Positions 27,462 through 32,000 of a stretch of 32,000 bases of DNA are shown piece after piece. The notes beneath the pieces were generated by a model. It had not been told where the DNA came from. It did not search any database and was given only the letters and a program-made list of their open reading frames with translations. The position numbers were made by a program, and so were the translations under genes. The DNA comes from Cylindrospermopsis raciborskii Cr2010 (lineage in GTDB: Bacteria > Cyanobacteriota > Cyanobacteriia > Cyanobacteriales > Nostocaceae). The DNA lies in NCBI RefSeq assembly GCF_003367075.2, contig NZ_CP065936.1:180001-212000 (forward strand). Reading direction: 5' to 3'. Each line of letters starts with the position of its first letter. Positions within the stretch are counted from its first letter, which is position 1.

Positions 27462-27538
27462 AAATATTACCTAAATTTACGGATTTAAGGGGCAGAAGTA
27501 ATTGACACACCCCTGGTCTATTGAGGATTGTTATATTA

Positions 27539-27748
27539 TTATAACAAATACAAAGCATACCATACCAGACCTATAATATAGGGATGGGAGTTAATGACGG
27601 CTACCACATCCAGGTTAATACGGCTCTCACCACTGCCAAATATGGTTAAATAAGGATATTCTGGATGTAATTCCAGTGTCTTTAAGACTATTGCCCAATT
27701 TCGGATCAAAGTGGTACTATTAAACCAACTAAACCAACGAACAACCAT
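27539..27748 (-). CDS. small hypothetical protein (possibly a gene fragment)
   Basis: This 69-aa ORF is the only one in an otherwise empty 520-bp gap. It has no recognisable motifs and no clear RBS. Confidence 0.3.
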   Translation of the reverse strand: MVVRWFSWFNSTTLIRNWAIVLKTLELHPEYPYLTIFGSGESRINLDVVAVINSHPYIIGLVWYALYLL

Positions 27749-27984
27749 CTGCGATTCATCCTAAGTAGGGAGAAATGCCAGCAGAAGCTAGGTTCTTTTG
27801 GTTGAGTACAAATTCCTTGATAACCTTATTCCTTCAACATCCAAGGATGAGCAATATCAAGTCTAGGAACCGAGATTGGTCTACGAGGAGTTTACCCACT
27901 TATGCTAATTGGCACAGGTTGAATAAAATCGATTAGTGTATTTGTTAGCAGTAGTTAGCAAAAGTATCGGAGAGAGAACCCGCT

Positions 27985-30438
27985 ATGTTTGAACACTTCA
28001 CATCCGAAGCCATTAGGGTAATTATGTTAGCGCAGGAGGAGGCACGCCGCCTGGGTCATAACTTTGTCGGCACAGAACAAATTCTCCTGGGTTTAATAGG
28101 GGAAGGAACAGGCGTTGCGGCGAAGGTTCTGACAGATTTGGGTGTCACCCTCAAGGATGCGCGTCGGGAGGTTGAAAAAATTATCGGTAGGGGTTCTGGT
28201 TTCGTCCCGCCCGAAATCCCTTTTACACCAAAAGTCAAGAGTCTATTTGAGCAGTCTTTTAGAGAGGCTCACGGTCTTGGTCACAACTACATAAATACAG
28301 AACACTTATTGTTAGGATTAACTGATGCGGGAGAAGGGGTTGCAGCCAAGGTGTTAAAGAGTCTTGGGATTGAACTGCAGACAGTACGCAGCAGAGTGAT
28401 GAGTATATTGGGTGAAGATAATAGAGTGGTTGCTGGTCGTCAAGACAACCCCAGACGCAACCAGAATCTTAGTATAGAAGAATTTGGACGTAACCTCACC
28501 AAGTTGGCCCAACAGGGGAGGTTAGATCCGGTAGTGGGTCGACAAAAAGAGATTGAACGCACCGTACAAATATTGGGTCGTCGCACCAAGAACAATCCTG
28601 TGTTAATTGGTGAACCCGGGGTAGGGAAAACCGCAATTGCCGAGGGTTTAGCTCAACGGATTGTGAACCAGGATGTTCCTGAAATATTGCTGAATAAACA
28701 GGTAATTAGTCTGGATATGGGCTTGCTGGTTGCGGGAACACGCTTCCGGGGAGATTTTGAAGAGCGTCTGAAAAAGGTGATGGAAGAAATTCGCTCCGTC
28801 GGCAATATTATCTTGGTGATTGATGAAATTCATACCATCGTGGGTGCTGGCGGTACGGAAGGAGGTTTGGATGCGGCTAACATACTCAAACCCGCCCTGG
28901 CCAGGGGTGAACTACAATGTATCGGTGCCACCACTTTGGATGAGTATCGGAAGTATATTGAGCGGGATGCAGCTTTAGAAAGACGTTTTCAACCAATTTT
29001 GGTAGGGGAACCATCAGTAGCAGAAACTATAGAAATCCTTCGAGGTCTGCGCAGTGCTTACGAGCAACATCACAAAGTAACTATTTCCGATGATGCAGTT
29101 ATTGCTGCAGCTGAGTTATCAGATAGGTACATCAGCGATCGCTTTCTCCCTGATAAAGCCATAGACCTAATAGATGAAGCTGGTTCTCGGGTAAGGTTAA
29201 GGCACTCCCGAATCATTGATAATAAAGAGCTGAAACAACAACTGAAAAATACTAGCCAGGAGAAAGCGGAAGCAGTAAGAGTTCAAGACTTTGGCAAGGC
29301 TAGTAAACTGCGTCAGGAAGAGCTAGATTTACAAACCCAACTAGCGATCGCACAAAATTTGCCCAAGATTACCATTCCCCAGGTAGACGAAGAGGATATT
29401 GCTGAAATAGTAGCCTCCTGGACGGGAGTACCTGTGAATAAACTGACCGAATCTGAATCTGAGTTGTTGTTGCATCTGGAAGATACCCTGCATAAAAGAC
29501 TAATTGGACAGGAACAAGCAGTCACAGCAGTTTCCCGTTCTCTTCGTCGCGCCCGAGTGGGGTTAAAAAGTCCTAATCGTCCTATAGCTAGTTTTATCTT
29601 CAGTGGACCTACAGGGGTAGGCAAAACTGAACTGGCTAAGGCTTTAGCAAGCTACTTCTTCGGTGCGGAAGATTCCATGATTCGTTTAGATATGTCCGAA
29701 TACATGGAAAGCCATAATGTTTCCAAATTGATTGGTTCACCTCCAGGTTACGTAGGCTACGATGAGGGTGGACAACTGACGGAGGCTGTAAGGCGTAAAC
29801 CCTATACATTGCTGCTATTTGACGAAATTGAGAAAGCACATCCCGATGTGTTCAATATGTTACTGCAAATCCTAGATGACGGTCATCTTACGGATGCTAA
29901 AGGTAGGAAAGTGGACTTCAAGAACACCCTAATTATCTTGACATCCAACATTGGGTCTAAGGTAATTGAAAAGGGTGGTATGAGTTTAGGGTTTGAATTT
30001 GATAATCAAGCCAACGCTAGTTACAATCGCATTCGCAATCTAGTCAACGAAGAACTTAAGTCCTATTTCCGTCCTGAATTTCTCAATCGAGTTGATGAGA
30101 TTATCGTCTTCAGTCAGTTGAATAAAGACGAGGTCAAAGAAATTTCCCAGATCATGCTTGAGGAAGTTGCTAAGCGTCTCCAAGAGAAAGGGATTAAGTT
30201 AGAGGTGACAGAAGCATTTAAAGACCTAGTAGTTACGGAAGGCTATGATCCTAGTTATGGTGCTAGACCATTACGTCGGGCCATAATGAGACTATTAGAG
30301 GATTCCTTAGCGGAGGCCATTTTGTCTGGTGAGATTAGAGAAGGTGACCAGGCCATTGTGGATGTTGATGACGATGGTTTGGTGAAGGTGAAGAAAGCAG
30401 AAACCCGTGACTTGGTACTAGTTAGTGCTCCTGCTTAG
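27985..30438 (+). CDS. clpC: ATP-dependent Clp protease ATP-binding subunit, ClpC-type
   Basis: 817 aa. It has a double Clp_N repeat ([20 protein letters not shown]; [16 protein letters not shown]) and two AAA+ modules ([15 protein letters not shown]; [15 protein letters not shown]). A UVR-like middle motif ([16 protein letters not shown]) and an LGF ClpP-docking loop (GGMSLGFEF) are also present. Confidence 0.93.
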   Translation: MFEHFTSEAIRVIMLAQEEARRLGHNFVGTEQILLGLIGEGTGVAAKVLTDLGVTLKDARREVEKIIGRGSGFVPPEIPFTPKVKSLFEQSFREAHGLGHNYINTEHLLLGLTDAGEGVAAKVLKSLGIELQTVRSRVMSILGEDNRVVAGRQDNPRRNQNLSIEEFGRNLTKLAQQGRLDPVVGRQKEIERTVQILGRRTKNNPVLIGEPGVGKTAIAEGLAQRIVNQDVPEILLNKQVISLDMGLLVAGTRFRGDFEERLKKVMEEIRSVGNIILVIDEIHTIVGAGGTEGGLDAANILKPALARGELQCIGATTLDEYRKYIERDAALERRFQPILVGEPSVAETIEILRGLRSAYEQHHKVTISDDAVIAAAELSDRYISDRFLPDKAIDLIDEAGSRVRLRHSRIIDNKELKQQLKNTSQEKAEAVRVQDFGKASKLRQEELDLQTQLAIAQNLPKITIPQVDEEDIAEIVASWTGVPVNKLTESESELLLHLEDTLHKRLIGQEQAVTAVSRSLRRARVGLKSPNRPIASFIFSGPTGVGKTELAKALASYFFGAEDSMIRLDMSEYMESHNVSKLIGSPPGYVGYDEGGQLTEAVRRKPYTLLLFDEIEKAHPDVFNMLLQILDDGHLTDAKGRKVDFKNTLIILTSNIGSKVIEKGGMSLGFEFDNQANASYNRIRNLVNEELKSYFRPEFLNRVDEIIVFSQLNKDEVKEISQIMLEEVAKRLQEKGIKLEVTEAFKDLVVTEGYDPSYGARPLRRAIMRLLEDSLAEAILSGEIREGDQAIVDVDDDGLVKVKKAETRDLVLVSAPA

Positions 30439-30461
30439 TATTAGTAATGGTTAGTCCTCCC

Positions 30462-30494
30462 ACAATCCCCATGGATTCTATCCATGGGAATTGT
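30462..30494. terminator. strong hairpin between convergent clpC and the 352-aa ORF (candidate bidirectional terminator)
   Basis: ACAATCCCCATGGAT-TCT-ATCCATGGGAATTGT pairs at 14 of 15 positions. An outer helix AGTCCTCC/GGAGGATT extends it to about 30453-30507. There is no clear U-tract, so terminator function is inferred only from position. Confidence 0.45.
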
Positions 30495-30513
30495 CACTAG
30501 GAGGATTGAGCAG

Positions 30514-31572
30514 CTAACTATCTCCAAAGTCCATGGTCTCAATAAACTCTAAAATATTCTGCTTCATGTCCTCAGCTTCATCTAGAATGGAACCTCGAAG
30601 GTCACCAGTAAAAAATGTTCGTTGACTGCTAACTATATACAGAAAATTGCCATTAGTGAATGTCAATAAGCCACGGTACGCATCTAGTCTTGTTGGGTTA
30701 CCATTGTTTTCCCTTTGGGAAATGCTTGAGCCTTTAGGCATGTCCACTAATACATAATAATAACTACTTAAAGTATCTTGGAGTAAGCTATCCTGTAGGT
30801 ACTCAGTATACTTAATTTCTGCGCCCGGGATATGTTTTAAAATAGCTTGAGGTAAATATCTTTCAATTAAAACAGAGTGGAGATATGTTTCTTGTCCTTG
30901 TTCCTCCATAGTTTCTAAATGTTCTTTAGTAAGGGGATAGTAATCAATTCTGATAAAAGTTCCCCCACTGTCAGAGAAACCAACCATTCCCTGTTGACTA
31001 ACAATTTTTCCTCCTCGTTCTGATGTTACAGGTACAACAACTCTGAAATTATTTGAAGGAGATTGGTATATTTCCTGTCCTAATTCATCTACTATGATTT
31101 CCGGTTGTTTTAATTCTTGTGGATCTTCTATTACTGCTATTACCTCTCTAATAACTTCCTCAGCTTCTATATCCTGCAATTCTAAGGCTTGTTGTAGTTG
31201 TTTGATGTATGACTGTTTTTCCTTGGGTATGGTCATACTCTCTTCTTCCAATAGCATTACTACACCAGCAGCAAACGCATCCAAAACTATATCACTTTTT
31301 AAACTTGTATTGGCAGTATTAAATAGGGAACCTAATCCTTCCTCCTGAGCAATAATTACTAGTCTATTGACCATTTCTAAGATTTCCTCTTGGGAGTACC
31401 CATCAAAAACCTGAAATTCTAGTAAGATATCCGCTAAACTTTCCGTGTCTATATCTTCTATAGTACAGTCAACAGCTGCACTAATAATTGCTATAGCTGC
31501 TACTGCTTCCTCTGAATTTAGGGATTCAGTTGTAAATGCTGAGGAATTAAATATTTTATCATACTTGGTCAT
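30514..31572 (-). CDS. hypothetical protein (acidic helical N-terminal half, unassigned C-terminal half)
   Basis: The ORF is 352 aa and uninterrupted. N-terminal ~150 aa (EEAVAAIAIISAAVDCTIEDIDTESL...EEILEMVNRLVIIAQEEG) looks loosely like a TerB-type helical bundle. The C-terminal ~190 aa is unrecognised. Confidence 0.65.
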   Translation of the reverse strand: MTKYDKIFNSSAFTTESLNSEEAVAAIAIISAAVDCTIEDIDTESLADILLEFQVFDGYSQEEILEMVNRLVIIAQEEGLGSLFNTANTSLKSDIVLDAFAAGVVMLLEEESMTIPKEKQSYIKQLQQALELQDIEAEEVIREVIAVIEDPQELKQPEIIVDELGQEIYQSPSNNFRVVVPVTSERGGKIVSQQGMVGFSDSGGTFIRIDYYPLTKEHLETMEEQGQETYLHSVLIERYLPQAILKHIPGAEIKYTEYLQDSLLQDTLSSYYYVLVDMPKGSSISQRENNGNPTRLDAYRGLLTFTNGNFLYIVSSQRTFFTGDLRGSILDEAEDMKQNILEFIETMDFGDS

Positions 31573-31913
31573 AATGATAGATCACTCTTATTAATTGGTA
31601 ATATCCCGGTCAGAAAAAATTGACTTTTTATGCTCTCACCAGAAAATTCTGGATTTTCGATTTGACCTTGAACTGGTATATACCCAGAGAGTTATACTCC
31701 GGGTTATCCATAGAGCGCGGTAATAGATCATTAACACCCTGATTAAAATCTGCTATATTATCTCAAATTATGGTTAATTTTTCTCGGTTATCCCAGGGAA
31801 AAATTTATAGCTTTAGAGAGAGTGGGACGATAGCCAACAGCGCCTTATTATATCACAGTTATATCACAAAAAAGCTAAGTTAGGATTAAATTTAACTTAA
31901 CCATGAAAAAATA

Positions 31914-32000
31914 ATGACCAAAAGAACATTTCGTCTCAGTATACTAGGAATATTTATATTCGCCGTCGGTTTACGGTTTTGGGGATTGGCTAGATTTAAT
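31914..32000 (+). CDS. membrane protein, first 29 codons only (N-terminus resembles ArnT/GT39-type glycosyltransferases)
   Basis: ATG at 31914 opens MTKRTFRLSILGIFIFAVGLRFWGLARFN, which runs to the window edge. The family guess rests on the LRFWGL pattern alone. Confidence 0.4.
   Translation, partial: MTKRTFRLSILGIFIFAVGLRFWGLARFN

Overview
The window looks like chromosomal DNA from a filamentous, Nostocales-like cyanobacterium. Support: I hand-counted 12 HIP1 octamers (GCGATCGC), the sequence is AT-rich by eye, and the genes are typical (SLH-domain protein, GH57 branching enzyme, DUF3288, ClpC, MlaFD/TGD-like pair). Most of it is housekeeping: trmL, gshA-type ligase, uvrA, murA, tRNA-Leu(CAG), a TrmH-family methyltransferase, clpC, GH57, and an ABC permease and ATPase.

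Two regions stand out.
1. 3296-8492 (-): a translationally coupled two-gene operon. It encodes a 1458-aa Upf1-like SF1 helicase plus a 280-aa winged-helix-like protein of unknown function. In the helicase, Walker A and motif II are about 775 aa apart because of a long, apparently helical insertion, and the 389-aa N-terminal region is unassigned. This matches no defence or repair system I can name and is my best candidate for an undescribed system.
2. 14173-16642: a small accessory islet between uvrA and a metallophosphoesterase gene. It holds a solitary cas2 with no cas1 and no array in the window. cas2 lies directly downstream of, and co-oriented with, an intact IS200/IS605-family tnpB and its predicted omega-RNA/right end. 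The divergent tnpA is frameshifted. Three copies of a short hairpin repeat bracket the islet.

All protein calls rest on motif recognition in the supplied or hand-made translations. No database search was run.
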